Positions 50,346 to 61,575 of a DNA stretch of 64,000 nt are shown piece by piece. Below the pieces are notes generated by a model. That model made no database searches. It worked only from the letters and a program-made list of their open reading frames with translations, and was not told where the DNA came from. Where the stretch lies: positions 4,564 to 68,563 of the forward strand of contig CAMAPP010000002.1 in NCBI GenBank assembly GCA_945860095.1, written 5' to 3'. Source of the stretch: Rhizobium sp. Q54. GTDB lineage: Bacteria; Pseudomonadota; Alphaproteobacteria; CADEGL01. Positions within the stretch are counted from its first letter, which is position 1, and every line of letters starts with the position of its first letter. A program made the position numbers and the translations under genes.

Positions 50346-51443
50346 TCAATCGCTCAAGGATTTGAGCGTGGCCAATTGCTCGGCGGCGAACTGGGCCGCC
50401 TCGTGCGGCCGCAGCCGCGCGACATCGCGGCCCAATAATGTCTTGAGACCCGCGCGCGTGGCATCGGTGAAGGCGACCGTGCCGTCGCCCTCGACCGCCG
50501 CGATGCCGTCATGGCCGAGCGCGCTTTCGTTCGTCGCGATGGCCTCGGCCTCGCTCCAGCCGGGCGCGAGATCGAGCCGCACCTGGCCGCCTGCCGCCAG
50601 CACCGGATAACCGCCGACGAGACCCAAGGGGCCAGGCACATGGCAACGCACGGGCACGGAGCCGATCAGGGCTGGGATCAGCTTGGCCGCCGCCGAGGCG
50701 GTCAGCAGATTGAAATCCATGCGATAGGGAATGGGCATGGGTTTGAAGAATCCGGCGCGCGCTTGCGCTGAAACATCGCGTCCCCGCCACAGGGCCTGAA
50801 GCAAGACCGCTGGCGGGTCTTCGGATTCGCGTTCGGCATAGACGTGATATTCGGCGGCGTGCGGCGCCACGAGGCGGATCTCGATATCCTCGGGCCGTGC
50901 GCCGACCGCCTCGGCCGCGGCGATCCGGGCCTTGGGCAGCAATTCCTCGACATTGCCGACGCCGCACAGCGGTGCGGGCCCGGTGCGGGCCAGCACTGCA
51001 TTGACGATATCGGGATAGGACGCGTTGACCCATGGGCAAGCCAGCCCCGATTCGACCCATGCACGCCGGAACGCGAGTAGGGGCGCCACATGGCAGGCGA
51101 TCCAGCCGCCGAAGGTCATGCGCCGCGCGGCCTCGGCGGCGCGCCCCGTCAGTGCGTCCGCGGCCCACCATGGAAACAAGCTGGGCGCCGAAATCAGGAT
51201 ATCGGGCGCAAGACGCGCAAGCGCCGATCCGGCGCCGGGCGCATTGAAGTCGAAGGGTTCGAAGCGGATGGTCGGGAACTTGCCAAGAATGCCCGCGCCG
51301 ACGCGCGCGGAATTGACCTTCTTGCGCCCATGATCGGCGTTGCGGCTGGCGACGACGATGTCATCGACGATGCCCGCGCGCGCGACGGCTTCGAGAATAT
51401 CGCCGCCCAAGGCGCCCAAGGATACGAGAACGAGACGAGTCAT
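50346..51443 (-). CDS. Rossmann-fold protein, saccharopine dehydrogenase-like (function unknown)
   Basis: Start placed at MTRLVLVSLGALGGDILEAVA (an NAD(P)-binding-like N-terminus). The 170-aa N-extension in the track ORF overlaps yifB and looks spurious. Confidence 0.45.
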   Translation of the reverse strand: MTRLVLVSLGALGGDILEAVARAGIVDDIVVASRNADHGRKKVNSARVGAGILGKFPTIRFEPFDFNAPGAGSALARLAPDILISAPSLFPWWAADALTGRAAEAARRMTFGGWIACHVAPLLAFRRAWVESGLACPWVNASYPDIVNAVLARTGPAPLCGVGNVEELLPKARIAAAEAVGARPEDIEIRLVAPHAAEYHVYAERESEDPPAVLLQALWRGRDVSAQARAGFFKPMPIPYRMDFNLLTASAAAKLIPALIGSVPVRCHVPGPLGLVGGYPVLAAGGQVRLDLAPGWSEAEAIATNESALGHDGIAAVEGDGTVAFTDATRAGLKTLLGRDVARLRPHEAAQFAAEQLATLKSLSD

Positions 51444-51463
51444 GGTGCGGTCCGCGCGCGCAA

Positions 51464-52987
51464 TCAGGCGCGGGACAAGGCGAGCTTGCGATAGCCCAGG
51501 GCCTCGGCGACGTGCAGGCGGCGCACTTGGTCCGCGCCCTCGAGATCGGCAACGGTGCGCGCGACGCGCAATACCCGGTGATAGCCGCGCGCCGATAGCT
51601 TCAATTTTCCCGCCGCCTCGGTCAGCAATTTCCGCCCCGCTTCGTCGGGGCTCGCGACCTTCTCCAGCAATTCGCCGTCGGCCTCGGCATTGGTGCGCAC
51701 GCGCGCGGGCCCCGCCGTCGCGCCGTAGCGCGCGCTTTGGACCGCCCGCGCCCGGCTGATGCGCCGCGCGATTTCCGCCGTGCCTTCGGCCGGGGGCGGC
51801 AGGGACAGATCGGCTGGATTCACCGCCGGCACGTCGATGTGCAGATCGATGCGGTCGAGCAGCGGCCCCGAAATGCGCGCCTGGTATTCCTGGGCGCAGC
51901 GCGGGGCGCGCCCGCAAGCCTGGGCGGGATCGGCCAAGTGCCCGCAGCGGCACGGGTTCATGGCGGCGACGAGCTGCACGCGCGCGGGATAGGTGACATG
52001 GTGGTTCGCGCGCGCGATCACGGCGCGGCCGCTTTCGAGCGGCTGGCGCAGCGCCTCGAGCGTCGCGCGCTGGAATTCCGGCAACTCGTCGAGGAACAAC
52101 ACGCCGTTATGGGCGAGGCTTACCTCGCCCGGCCGGGCGCGCTGGCCGCCGCCGATGAGCGCGGGCAGGGACGCCGAATGGTGCGGATCACGGAACGGCC
52201 GGCGGCGTGTGAGCCGCCCACCCTCGAGCAATCCCGCGACGCTATGCACCATGGAAATCTCGAGCGCCTCCGAGGCGTCGAGCGGCGGCAAAAGCCCTGC
52301 CAGGCGTTGGGCCAGCATGGATTTTCCGGCGCCGGGCGGGCCGATCATCAACAGATTATGCGCGCCCGCCGCCGCCACTTCGAGCGCGCGCTTGGCGGTC
52401 TCCTGGCCCTTGATGTCGCGCATATCGGGATAGCGCGCGTCATCCGCGGCCAATCGCGCCTCCGGCGCGGGTAAGGGCTGGGTGCCCTTGAAATGGTGGA
52501 TGATGGCGAGGAGAGACGGTGCTGCCAGCACTTCCGTGTCGCCCGCCCAGGCGGCCTCGCCGCCGCAGGATTCGGGGCAAATGATGCCGCGCCGCGCCGC
52601 GCCCGCGCTGATGGCGGCGGGCAGTACGCCCGCGACCGCGCGCACCGCGCCGTCGAGCGACAATTCGCCGAGCGCCACATAGCCCTCCAGTTCGTTCGCC
52701 GGCAGCACGCCCATGGCGACCAAGAGGCCGAGCGCGATCGGCAGGTCGAAATGGCTGCCTTCCTTCAGGACATCGGCGGGGGCGAGATTGACGGTGATGC
52801 GCTTGGGCGGCAGCGCCAGGCCGAGCGCGCCGAGCGCCGCGCGCACCCGTTCGCGCGATTCCCCGACCGCCTTGTCGGGCAGGCCGACGATGGCGAAGGC
52901 AGGCAAGCCCGCCGACATCTGGACTTCCACATCGACCAGCCGCGCCTCGATGCCCTCGAAGGCAACCGTACCCACCCGCGCGACCAT
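51464..52987 (-). CDS. yifB: YifB/ComM-family Mg-chelatase-like AAA+ ATPase
   Basis: Lon-protease-like N-domain plus an AAA+ core (LLMIGPPGAGKSMLAQRLAGLLP) plus the C-terminal Mg_chelatase_C region. Confidence 0.9.
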   Translation of the reverse strand: MVARVGTVAFEGIEARLVDVEVQMSAGLPAFAIVGLPDKAVGESRERVRAALGALGLALPPKRITVNLAPADVLKEGSHFDLPIALGLLVAMGVLPANELEGYVALGELSLDGAVRAVAGVLPAAISAGAARRGIICPESCGGEAAWAGDTEVLAAPSLLAIIHHFKGTQPLPAPEARLAADDARYPDMRDIKGQETAKRALEVAAAGAHNLLMIGPPGAGKSMLAQRLAGLLPPLDASEALEISMVHSVAGLLEGGRLTRRRPFRDPHHSASLPALIGGGQRARPGEVSLAHNGVLFLDELPEFQRATLEALRQPLESGRAVIARANHHVTYPARVQLVAAMNPCRCGHLADPAQACGRAPRCAQEYQARISGPLLDRIDLHIDVPAVNPADLSLPPPAEGTAEIARRISRARAVQSARYGATAGPARVRTNAEADGELLEKVASPDEAGRKLLTEAAGKLKLSARGYHRVLRVARTVADLEGADQVRRLHVAEALGYRKLALSRA

Positions 52988-53092
52988 GACGAACTTCCCC
53001 GCCCCTGGGGGCGCCGAAGCCGCACCCCCGCGCGATCTTACGTGGGCCGTCCGAGCGGCGAAAGCCGCGCCGCCTCGCCTAGCGCCGGCGCG

Positions 53093-53707
53093 TCATTCCG
53101 GCGGCTCCATCCAAAACGCGTTATCGACCACCGTGTATTGCCAATAGCCAAGCCGCGCCAAGGGCCGGAACTTGTTCATGTCCACCATGCCGTCGGTCAG
53201 GATCGCATCGTCGATATGGATGCCGACGACCTCGCCGATGACCATGACATTGCCGTGATCGGGGGGCTGGGAGGGCAGGCGCACGGTCTGGAAATATTTG
53301 CACTCGAGCGCGACTCGCGCCTCCTTGATGCGTGGCGCCTTCACATTGTTGCACGGCGCGGGCGTGAGCCCGGCGCGCTCGAACTCGTCGACCTCGTGCG
53401 CGTAGGGTGCCGAGGACACGTTCATCTTGTCCTTCAGATCCTCGGTCACGATATTGACCACGAACTCGCCGGTTTCCTCGGCGTTCCAATGCGAATCCTT
53501 GCGCAGCTCGCTCTCGGGCCGGTAGGACGAGCTGAACATCACCATGTGTGGGCGTTCGGCGACCGCGTTGAAGAAGGAATAGGGCCCGATATTGCGCACC
53601 CCCCCCTTCGACATCGAGGAAATCCAGCCGATGGGGCGCGGCACGATCACGCTCTTGTATGGATTGCGCTTGAGTCCGTGCTGGCCGGTGCGGGGATCGT
53701 AGAACAT
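53093..53707 (-). CDS. flavin reductase family protein (NADH:FMN oxidoreductase-like)
   Basis: Flavin_Reduct domain features (…GWISSMSKGGVRNIGPYSFFN…). Confidence 0.75.
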   Translation of the reverse strand: MFYDPRTGQHGLKRNPYKSVIVPRPIGWISSMSKGGVRNIGPYSFFNAVAERPHMVMFSSSYRPESELRKDSHWNAEETGEFVVNIVTEDLKDKMNVSSAPYAHEVDEFERAGLTPAPCNNVKAPRIKEARVALECKYFQTVRLPSQPPDHGNVMVIGEVVGIHIDDAILTDGMVDMNKFRPLARLGYWQYTVVDNAFWMEPPE

Positions 53708-53739
53708 CGGGCTGTGACTCCGGTTGATGTCGATGCGGT

Positions 53740-54699
53740 TCAGCGCTTGGCGCGCGAAGCAAGACGGCGTTCGATCGCGTCCCAGATCAGGACCTCGATG
53801 GCGACGCCGTCGAGGCGGTTGATTTCCTGGATGCCGGTCGGCGAAGTGACGTTGATCTCGGTCAGGTGATGGCCGATCACGTCGATACCGACGAAGACCA
53901 GGCCTTGCTCGCGCAGCGCCGGGCCGATGGCGGCGCAGATTTCGCGGTCGCGCGCCGAAAGCGGCGATTTTTGCGCCGCACCGCCCGCGTGGAAATTGGC
54001 GCGCGCCTCGCCCGCCTGGGGCACGCGAGACACCGCCCCCGCAGGCTCGCCATCGACCAGGATGATGCGCTTGTCACCCTGGCGCACTTCGGGCAGATAG
54101 CGCTGGACGATGATGGGTTCGCGGTAGAGCCCGGTGAACAATTCGAGCAGCGCGTTGAGATTCTCGTCCCCGGGCGCGATATGGAATACGCCCGCGCCGC
54201 CATTGCCGTACAAGGGCTTGACGATGATGTCCTTGTGCTCGGCGCGAAAGGCCAGAACCTCGTTCCGGTCGCTGGTGATGAGGGTCGGAGGCAGAAGGCC
54301 GGGGAAATGCGTGACGAACAACTTCTCCGGCGCGTTGCGCACATGGACCGGGTCGTTCACCACCAGCGTCTTGGGGTGGATGTGCTCGAGCATGTGCGTC
54401 GCGGTGATATAGGCCATGTCGAAGGGCGGGTCCTGGCGCATCAGCACCACATCCGCCGTCGCCAAATCCAGGGTTTGGAAACCGCCCATGGTCGCGTGAT
54501 TGCCCGGCTCGCGCCGCAGCCCAAGTATGGGGCGCACGCGCGCGGTCACTCGGCCATCCTCGAGGCTCATGTCCCGCGGGCCGTAATGGAACATGGCGTG
54601 GCCGCGACGCTGGGCTTCCAGCGCCAGCATGAAGGTGCTGTCGGTGTCGAGATTGATCCGCTCGATCGGATCCATCTGGATGGCGACGGACAATGCCAC
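53740..54699 (-). CDS. gshB: glutathione synthetase
   Basis: GTG start giving (M)[33 protein letters not shown], which aligns with the E. coli GshB N-terminus. ATP-grasp motifs. Confidence 0.9.
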   Translation of the reverse strand: MALSVAIQMDPIERINLDTDSTFMLALEAQRRGHAMFHYGPRDMSLEDGRVTARVRPILGLRREPGNHATMGGFQTLDLATADVVLMRQDPPFDMAYITATHMLEHIHPKTLVVNDPVHVRNAPEKLFVTHFPGLLPPTLITSDRNEVLAFRAEHKDIIVKPLYGNGGAGVFHIAPGDENLNALLELFTGLYREPIIVQRYLPEVRQGDKRIILVDGEPAGAVSRVPQAGEARANFHAGGAAQKSPLSARDREICAAIGPALREQGLVFVGIDVIGHHLTEINVTSPTGIQEINRLDGVAIEVLIWDAIERRLASRAKR

Positions 54700-54791
54700 G
54701 CGGTCACTCCTTGCCTTGCGGCTGTAAAACGTGCGGCCACTATAGGCCGCGATACGATGCGCGCCCAAGGCCCATGGGGCGGCAAGTAACC

Positions 54792-55619
54792 CTAATTCAG
54801 CCGGCTGCGGACCGATTGCAGCAGGGTGGCCGCTTGGTGGCGCTCGCCATCGCCGCGCGCGAGGAGAAGGTGGCGTTCGAGGTTATCGGCGGCAGCGCGC
54901 AGATTCCCGAGCCGGGCCTGAAGCAGCCCCGTCTCGCGCCACAATTCGCCCCGGTCGGGCGCGAACAGGCGCATGGCATCGAGGGCGCGCAACGCCCCCT
55001 CGACCGAGCCCGATTGAAGCAGGCGCAGCTTCACGTTGTTTTGCAGGCGCAGAAGGATATCCCGGTTGCCAAGCGCGGCATGGTGTTCGGGGCGAAGCTC
55101 GGCATCCGCGCCTACGACCGCGCGCAATAGCTCGCGCAGCTCGCCGGCCCCGTGCGTCCGTCCGCCGCGGAACGGATCGACGATAATCGCGCCCCTGCCG
55201 TCGAGCACGCGCACCAGGAAATGGCCGGGGAAATTCACGCCCTCGATGTGCCAGCCCTGGGCGCGGCCGGCATCAATGTACAAGATCGACAGGGCGACCG
55301 GCAGGCCCTTTTTGCGGTCGATCACGCGCATCAGATTGGCGTTCTGCAGGTCGTCGTAGGTTTGGGTATCGCCCTCATAGCCATGGCGATCGAACAGCGC
55401 GCGGTTGAGCGCGGCGACTTGCGCGCCGCCATCCGCGTTTGCGCGTTCGGCCGCGACTTCGGCGCGCAATTCGGATAAATGCGCGCGGTAGCGCTCGAGC
55501 GGCACGCGCGGCCGGTCGAGCGCCGCGAGCGCCAGCGCGCCCTCGGCCAAATCGATGTCGTCGCCGGCTTGCGCGCCGATGGCGCGCAATACCGCCTCGG
55601 CGTCCTCGCGCGTGTTCAT
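54792..55619 (-). CDS. transglutaminase-like/TPR protein (SirB1/UPF0162 family)
   Basis: N-terminal transglutaminase-like segment and a C-terminal TPR-like helical region. Conserved neighbour of gshB. Confidence 0.6.
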   Translation of the reverse strand: MNTREDAEAVLRAIGAQAGDDIDLAEGALALAALDRPRVPLERYRAHLSELRAEVAAERANADGGAQVAALNRALFDRHGYEGDTQTYDDLQNANLMRVIDRKKGLPVALSILYIDAGRAQGWHIEGVNFPGHFLVRVLDGRGAIIVDPFRGGRTHGAGELRELLRAVVGADAELRPEHHAALGNRDILLRLQNNVKLRLLQSGSVEGALRALDAMRLFAPDRGELWRETGLLQARLGNLRAAADNLERHLLLARGDGERHQAATLLQSVRSRLN

Positions 55620-56239
55620 GCGCCCTTGCGTCTGGGATCATCTTTGAGGCGGACGTGGTTCACCACGTTGCGCACATAGGCCGTATCGCGCACATGGCCG
55701 ATCACGCGCTTCATTTCCATCTCGTCCTGCGCGATGCCCATGAGGTAAACCGTGCCGTTGACCACCTCGACCGAATAATTGACCGCCTGCACGCCCGAAT
55801 CGACCAGAAGCCGGCCGCGCAGCTTGGTTGCGATCCAGCCGTCGCGCGCGCGGTCGAGAATGCCGCTTTGGTCCTCGACCTGGACCTCGTTGATGAGCTC
55901 GCTCACACCGTCCGCCTGCCAGGCGAGGCGCGCGGCCTCGATGCGGGTTTCGGGATTGACGACCGATCCGGTCAACAGCACTCGGCCCTCTACGATCGAC
56001 AGATCGATCTTGCGATACAGCGCCAGATCCTTCTGTGCCCACAGGACATTGATCTCGGCGCGAATGCCGGCATCCGATATGGCGTCCTTGATGGGGCGTT
56101 CCTGGGCCGCGACCGTGCCGGCCGAGGCGCCGACGCCGACCGCCGTGCTGACGGGCGTGCATGCGGCCAAGGCCCAAACCGGGCCGGTGAGGACGAACGA
56201 ACCGATGACACCGAGAACTCGCCGCGACACGAGCGCCAT
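55616..56239 (-). CDS. BON-domain lipoprotein (OsmY/DolP-like)
   Basis: Lipobox (WALAAC) and two BON domains. Confidence 0.75.
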   Translation of the reverse strand: MALVSRRVLGVIGSFVLTGPVWALAACTPVSTAVGVGASAGTVAAQERPIKDAISDAGIRAEINVLWAQKDLALYRKIDLSIVEGRVLLTGSVVNPETRIEAARLAWQADGVSELINEVQVEDQSGILDRARDGWIATKLRGRLLVDSGVQAVNYSVEVVNGTVYLMGIAQDEMEMKRVIGHVRDTAYVRNVVNHVRLKDDPRRKGA

Positions 56240-56302
56240 GTCCTGCCTTCTCCCGGGCCGAAGCCCGATCAGCCATTCCCCCTACGCGGCTTAATGTAGG
56301 GA

Positions 56303-56665
56303 TCACCCATCCGGACGCCAAGCGTCTCGAATATGGCGCGGCCAGCGCCCGGCGCGGGTCAATACGGCGTCGAAGCGGAGCTCGCGCTCTGACAGATGCG
56401 GATGGCGGCTGAGAAAAAATTCCGCCGCGCGCACGATGCGGGCCTTGGCGCGATGGGTAATCGCCTCGGCGGCCAGCGCATCGTCTTTGCGGTTCTTGAC
56501 TTCGACGAAGACGAGGGTTCGCCCGCGCGCGGCTACGATATCGATTTCGCCGACCGGCGTGCGTAAGCGCCGCGCGAGAATCCGGTAACCCTTCAGGCGC
56601 AACATCATCGCCGCCAGCGCCTCCGCGCGGCGCCCGCGCCTCTCGGCTTTGCCGCGATCCCTCAC
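56303..56665 (-). CDS. yraN: YraN-family (UPF0102) endonuclease-like protein
   Basis: …GEIDIVAARGRTLVFVEVKNR… motif, 120 aa. Confidence 0.85.
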   Translation of the reverse strand: MRDRGKAERRGRRAEALAAMMLRLKGYRILARRLRTPVGEIDIVAARGRTLVFVEVKNRKDDALAAEAITHRAKARIVRAAEFFLSRHPHLSERELRFDAVLTRAGRWPRHIRDAWRPDG

Positions 56666-57546
56666 CCGCCCTTCTTGCCGCGCGCGAGCGCACGACGATA
56701 GATCTCGCGACGGGGCATGCCGGTCGCTTCCGCAACCACCGCCGCGGCATCGCGCAACGTGAGCCGGTCCAGCGCCTCGTCGAGCAGCGCCTCGACATCG
56801 TGTTCCGCAACGTCCTCGGGCGCCGGGCCCTCGACCACGATCACGATTTCGCCCTTGGGCGCGCCCGCCTCGGCGTAATGTCGCGCGAGTTCGTCGAGCG
56901 TGCCGCGCCGGACCTCCTCGAACATCTTGGTCAATTCGCGCGCGACCGCCCCTTGCCGCGGACCGAATACGCGCGCCATGTCCGCCAGCGAGTCCGCAAG
57001 GCGTTGCGGGGATTCGTAGAACACCAAGGTCGCGGCGACCCCCTTCACCTCGCCGAGTGCGCGGCGCCGCGCAACCTCCTTCGGCGGCAGGAATCCCGCG
57101 AACAGGAAACGATCGGTCGGCAGGCCCGAGATCACGAGCGCGGTCAGGACCGCGGAGGGGCCGGGCAGGGCCGAAACCTCGTGACCTGCGGCGATCGCCT
57201 CGCGCACGAGCTTGTAGCCCGGATCGGCGATGAGCGGCGTGCCGGCGTCCGAAACCAGGGCCACGATCTCGCCCGCCTCGATGCGCGCGAGCAAAGCCGG
57301 GCGCGCGCGCTCGGCATTGTGGTCGTGATACGGCGTCATGGGGGTTTCGATGCCGTGCGCACGCAGCAGCACGCCGGTCGTGCGCGTGTCCTCGCAGGCG
57401 ACGACGCAGGCTTCGGCCAGCGCCCGGGCCGCCCGCGCCGAGAGATCGCCCAGATTGCCGATGGGTGTAGCGACCAGGAGCAAGCGGCCGCGTTTACTTC
57501 CCGCCGCCGTCTGGCTAGGCTTTCTCGGCTGTCGTTTTTTCACCAA
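56662..57546 (-). CDS. rsmI: 16S rRNA (cytidine1402-2'-O)-methyltransferase
   Basis: …LLLVATPIGNLGDLS…CEDTRTTG… tetrapyrrole-methylase-fold signature. Confidence 0.9.
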   Translation of the reverse strand: MVKKRQPRKPSQTAAGSKRGRLLLVATPIGNLGDLSARAARALAEACVVACEDTRTTGVLLRAHGIETPMTPYHDHNAERARPALLARIEAGEIVALVSDAGTPLIADPGYKLVREAIAAGHEVSALPGPSAVLTALVISGLPTDRFLFAGFLPPKEVARRRALGEVKGVAATLVFYESPQRLADSLADMARVFGPRQGAVARELTKMFEEVRRGTLDELARHYAEAGAPKGEIVIVVEGPAPEDVAEHDVEALLDEALDRLTLRDAAAVVAEATGMPRREIYRRALARGKKGG

Positions 57547-57564
57547 ATTGGCGTCTCACAAGAA

Positions 57565-58929
57565 ATGAAAGCCCGGTCATCGATGGCGCTGGCGTGCTTG
57601 GCCTTTGGGCAATGGGCACGGCGAATCCTGCTGGTGGCTTTCGTGTGCGCGCCGTTTGCCGCCCGCGCGACGACCGTAACGGAGCCGCCGGCCGCGCGGC
57701 AAGCAGCGGTCTCGGCGCCCCGGGACGCCCAGCCGCCGATATTGGGTGGCGCGCGCGTAGCCCAACTCGCCCAAGGCGCACCACCGGACAGAGGCCCACC
57801 GGAGAGAGGCAAGGTGCGCGTCGGCCTCATCGTGCCATTGAGCGGCCCCAATGCCCGCATCGGTCGCGACATGCTCGACGCGGCGCAACTCGCCCTGTTC
57901 GACGCGGCGGACGAACACTTCGTCCTGTTGCCGCGCGACGACGAAGGCACGCCGGAAGGCGCCGCCAAGGCGGCTGCCGCCCTGCTCGATGCCGGGGTCA
58001 AACTGATTCTCGGGCCCTTGCTTTCGGCTTCAGTCGAAAGCGTTGCCGCGCCCGCGCGTGCCGCGGGTGTGCCCGTGCTCGCGTTCTCAACCGACCGGTC
58101 GGTTGCCGGTAACGGCGTCTATCTGCTCGGCTTTCTGCCCGGCTCGCAGGTCGAGCGCGCGGTCGCCCATGCCCAGGTCCAGGGCGCGCGGCGCTTCGCG
58201 GCACTCGCGCCCAAGAATCCTTACGGCAATCAGGTGATCGAGGATTTCCGCCGCGCCGTTCAGGCTTTCGGCGCGCAGCTCGGTCCCGTGCGTCAGTACG
58301 AGGCGAACGACGACATGAAGCAGGTCGTCCGCCAGCTCGCGAATTACGATGCGCGCAAAGCGGCCTTGGCCGCCCAACGCGCCGAGCTGCGCGCCAAGAA
58401 GGACGAGGCCTCCCTCCAGACGCTTAAGCGCCTGGAGACCGCCGAGACCTCGGGCCCGCCGGATTTCGACGCGCTCCTGGTGGCCGAGGGCGGCGAGAAA
58501 TTGCTCTTGCTCGCGCCCCTGCTGCCCTATTACGACATCGATCCCGGCCAGGTGCGCATTCTCGGCACGGGGCTTTGGGAAAACTCCAATGTGCGCTCGG
58601 AACCCGCTCTTGCGGGCGCTATCTTCGCCGTGCCGCCCTCGGCGCCGCGCGCGGCGTTCGAGAAGCGCTTCCGCGATGCCTATGGCCGCGAATCGGCGCG
58701 GCTTGCTTCCATCGCCTATGACGGCACGGCGCTCGCCGCCGTGCTCGGCAAGGCGGCGCCGCCCGATTTCGACGCGGCCCGCTTGACGCAGCGCAACGGC
58801 TTTGCCGGGGTGGACGGGGTTTTTCGTCTTCTGCCCACGGGACTTGCCGAGCGCGGTCTCGCGATTCTCGAAGTTCAGCGCGACGGTTTTCGCATCGCCA
58901 GCCCCGCGCCCGAGGCTTTTAATCCCTAG
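57565..58929 (+). CDS. penicillin-binding protein activator LpoA-like periplasmic binding protein
   Basis: Signal peptide followed by a type-1 periplasmic-binding fold. It is divergent from rsmI-yraN, as in enterobacterial rsmI/lpoA-yraN. Confidence 0.6.
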   Translation: MKARSSMALACLAFGQWARRILLVAFVCAPFAARATTVTEPPAARQAAVSAPRDAQPPILGGARVAQLAQGAPPDRGPPERGKVRVGLIVPLSGPNARIGRDMLDAAQLALFDAADEHFVLLPRDDEGTPEGAAKAAAALLDAGVKLILGPLLSASVESVAAPARAAGVPVLAFSTDRSVAGNGVYLLGFLPGSQVERAVAHAQVQGARRFAALAPKNPYGNQVIEDFRRAVQAFGAQLGPVRQYEANDDMKQVVRQLANYDARKAALAAQRAELRAKKDEASLQTLKRLETAETSGPPDFDALLVAEGGEKLLLLAPLLPYYDIDPGQVRILGTGLWENSNVRSEPALAGAIFAVPPSAPRAAFEKRFRDAYGRESARLASIAYDGTALAAVLGKAAPPDFDAARLTQRNGFAGVDGVFRLLPTGLAERGLAILEVQRDGFRIASPAPEAFNP

Positions 58930-60089
58930 GCCAGCAAGCGTTCGAGAACGGCATCGAGGCGCTGTCTTCCGGCGGCGGTCGCGCCGATGCGCTCGGCATC
59001 GAGCGCGAGAAGTCCGGCCTCGATCAATTCCGCCACCGCATCCATGTTCACGACCTCGCCGAGCTCGGATTTCGTCTCGCGCCGAATATCCGCGCGCGCG
59101 ATTCCTTCCGCGAGGCGCAATCCCATGATCAGCATTTCCTGCGCGCGTGCCGCGGCACCGAGATTCTCGCTTTCCGCCGTGCCGTGACCCTCGGCCTGGG
59201 TCGCCGCCAGCCAGCGCTCGGGTGAACGCAATTGCCGTGTCGCGCGCTTGATTTCGCCCTCGGTCAGACGACCATGGGCGCCCGGCCCGATGCCGGCATA
59301 ATCGCCGTAACGCCAATAGACGAGATTGTGCCGGCATTCGCGCCCCGGCCGCGCGTGGTTCGAAATCTCATAGCCCGGCAAGCCCGAAGCCGCCGTCATG
59401 TCTTGCGCGATTTCGTATAGCGGGCCCGCGGCGTCGCCGGAGGCGGGGCGGAGCGCGCCGCGCCGCCGTAGCGCATCGAAAACCGTTCCGGGTTCTATGG
59501 TCAGCTGATAGAGCGAAAGCTGGTCGCGCGCGCGCGTCAGCGCCTCGGCCAATTCCGCGCGCCAGGATTCCTCGCTTTGCTCGGGCCAGGCATAGATGAG
59601 ATCGAACGAGACGGTGGAAAACACGGCGAACGCCTGGTCCAGTGCTTCTCTTGCTTCGTTGGCGTCGTGGTCGCGGCCGAGAAAACGCAAGACCCGGTCG
59701 TCGAAGGATTGCACGCCCAGCGACAGTCGGTTGATCCCCGCCTCGGCCAGCGGGCGGAACGCCGCGCGGTCATTGGGATTGGCCTCGAGGCCGATTTCGA
59801 TGTCCGGCGCGCCTTGCCAGCGCGTGCTCGCCCGCTCAATCACCGCCGCGATCGTCGCGGGCGCCATGAGAGAGGGCGTGCCGCCGCCGAAGAAAATGCT
59901 CGTCAATCGCCGGCCGGGCGTGCGGGCGGCGAAATGGTCGAGCTCGGCGAGCAAGGCCCGGCGCCACGCATCGTGATCGACCGTGCGGCGGACATGGACG
60001 TTGAAATCGCAATAGGGACAGCGCGCCCGGCAGAACGGCCAATGAACGTAAAGCGCGATCTCGGGCGGGTCGGTCAGCGCGGCAGACAT
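58926..60089 (-). CDS. hemW: radical SAM family heme chaperone HemW (oxygen-independent coproporphyrinogen-III oxidase-like)
   Basis: CxxxCxxC motif ([11 protein letters not shown]) and a HemN_C domain. Start placed at MSAALTDPP. Confidence 0.85.
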   Translation of the reverse strand: MSAALTDPPEIALYVHWPFCRARCPYCDFNVHVRRTVDHDAWRRALLAELDHFAARTPGRRLTSIFFGGGTPSLMAPATIAAVIERASTRWQGAPDIEIGLEANPNDRAAFRPLAEAGINRLSLGVQSFDDRVLRFLGRDHDANEAREALDQAFAVFSTVSFDLIYAWPEQSEESWRAELAEALTRARDQLSLYQLTIEPGTVFDALRRRGALRPASGDAAGPLYEIAQDMTAASGLPGYEISNHARPGRECRHNLVYWRYGDYAGIGPGAHGRLTEGEIKRATRQLRSPERWLAATQAEGHGTAESENLGAAARAQEMLIMGLRLAEGIARADIRRETKSELGEVVNMDAVAELIEAGLLALDAERIGATAAGRQRLDAVLERLLA

Positions 60090-60685
60090 GCGTCGGCGAA
60101 CAGCGCAAAGGCACGGGCGCGATGGCTCATCGCATGTTTTTTTTCGGGCGCCATTTCGCCGAATGTCTCGTTGAGGCCCATGGGCACGAAGATGGGATCG
60201 TAGCCGAAGCCGTGTCCGCCGCGCGGCGGCCAGACCAGCGTGCCGTCGATCCGGCCCTCGAAAATCTCCGCGTGACCGTCGGGCCAGGCGAGCGCGAGGG
60301 CGCAGTTGAAATGGGCCGCGGGGTCGCACGCGCCGAGCATCTCGATCACCTTTTTCATGGCCAGGCCGAAATCGCGCGCGGGTCCGGCCCAGCGTGCCGA
60401 ATGGATGCCCGGCTCGCCGCCGAGCGCCGGCACGACGAGGCCCGAATCGTCGGACAAGGCGGGAAGGCCGGTCGCCGCCGAGACCGCGCGCGCCTTGATC
60501 GCGGCATTGGCCGCGAAGCTCTCGCCGTCTTCCTCGGGCTCGGGCACGCCGTGCTCGGCGGCCGAGCCGACCGCGATGTGGCGGGGTGCGAGCAGTTCGC
60601 GAATCTCGCGCAGCTTGCCTTGGTTGTGGCTGGCGATGACCAGCCGCCGACCTTCGAGCCGCCGCGCCACGGTTCGCCGCGCCAT
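60074..60685 (-). CDS. rdgB: non-canonical purine NTP pyrophosphatase RdgB/HAM1
   Basis: …[14 protein letters not shown]… and …FGYDPIF… motifs. Confidence 0.9.
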   Translation of the reverse strand: MARRTVARRLEGRRLVIASHNQGKLREIRELLAPRHIAVGSAAEHGVPEPEEDGESFAANAAIKARAVSAATGLPALSDDSGLVVPALGGEPGIHSARWAGPARDFGLAMKKVIEMLGACDPAAHFNCALALAWPDGHAEIFEGRIDGTLVWPPRGGHGFGYDPIFVPMGLNETFGEMAPEKKHAMSHRARAFALFADACLPR

Positions 60686-60692
60686 GGGCCGC

Positions 60693-61460
60693 TCAGCCGT
60701 CGGCGAGCGCTAGCTTCTGCAGCGCGACCAATTCGTCGATGCCCTTGCGCGCCAAGCTCAGCATCGTGGCGAACGCGTTTTCGCCGAACGGCGCGCCTTC
60801 GGCGCTGGCCTGCAGTTCGACCAGCATGCCCGAGCCGGTAATGACGAAATTCGCGTCCGCCTCGGCGGTCGAATCCTCGGCGTAGTCGAGGTCCAGCACC
60901 GGCTGGCCGCCATGCACGCCGCACGACACGGCCGCCACGTGGTCCTTGAGCGGCATGCGCGAGATCGTCTTGTCCGTGAGAAGCTTGGCGAAGGCCATGC
61001 GCAAGGCGACGTAGGAGCCGGTGATCGCCGCCGTGCGCGTGCCGCCATCGGCCTGCAGCACGTCGCAATCGATGCGGATTTGCCGCTCTCCGAAGGCGCC
61101 GAGATCGGTTACCGCGCGCAGGCTGCGCCCGATCAGGCGCTGGATTTCCTGAGTGCGCCCGCTTTGCCGGCCGCGCACCGCCTCGCGCTCGGTCCGCGTG
61201 TTGGTCGAGCGCGGCAACATGCCGTACTCCGCCGTCACCCAGCCGCGACCGGTGTTGCGCAGGAACGGCGGCGGCTTTTCCTCGACCGTCGCGGCGCACA
61301 GAACATGGGTATTGCCGAAGCGCACGAGGCACGACCCTTCGGCATGGCGGGCGAATCCGGGTTCCAAGGCGACGGCGCGCAATTCGTCGACGCGCCGTCC
61401 CGAAGGCCGCCGACTTGAAGAGAGGGAACTTGCCGCCGCGGGCGGGGCGGAAGAGGACAT
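60693..61460 (-). CDS. rph: ribonuclease PH
   Basis: …[14 protein letters not shown]…HAEGSCLV…[19 protein letters not shown]… The start is uncertain. The track ORF extends to 61493. Confidence 0.9.
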   Translation of the reverse strand: MSSSAPPAAASSLSSSRRPSGRRVDELRAVALEPGFARHAEGSCLVRFGNTHVLCAATVEEKPPPFLRNTGRGWVTAEYGMLPRSTNTRTEREAVRGRQSGRTQEIQRLIGRSLRAVTDLGAFGERQIRIDCDVLQADGGTRTAAITGSYVALRMAFAKLLTDKTISRMPLKDHVAAVSCGVHGGQPVLDLDYAEDSTAEADANFVITGSGMLVELQASAEGAPFGENAFATMLSLARKGIDELVALQKLALADG

Positions 61461-61575
61461 GCGATAACCTGTGCGTTGGGGCAGATGGGTCACGTTATCG
61501 GGGTGGCGCCAATTCGTCCAGGCGGGATGCGTTGACGTGCCATATCCCCCTTCCTAGATTCGAGTCTTTCACGGG

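Noticed and set aside
50346-51953. 535-aa ORF whose first 170 aa overlap yifB
   Set aside because: The N-terminal 170 aa are Arg/Gly/Ala low-complexity. The gene is trimmed to the internal Met at 51443.
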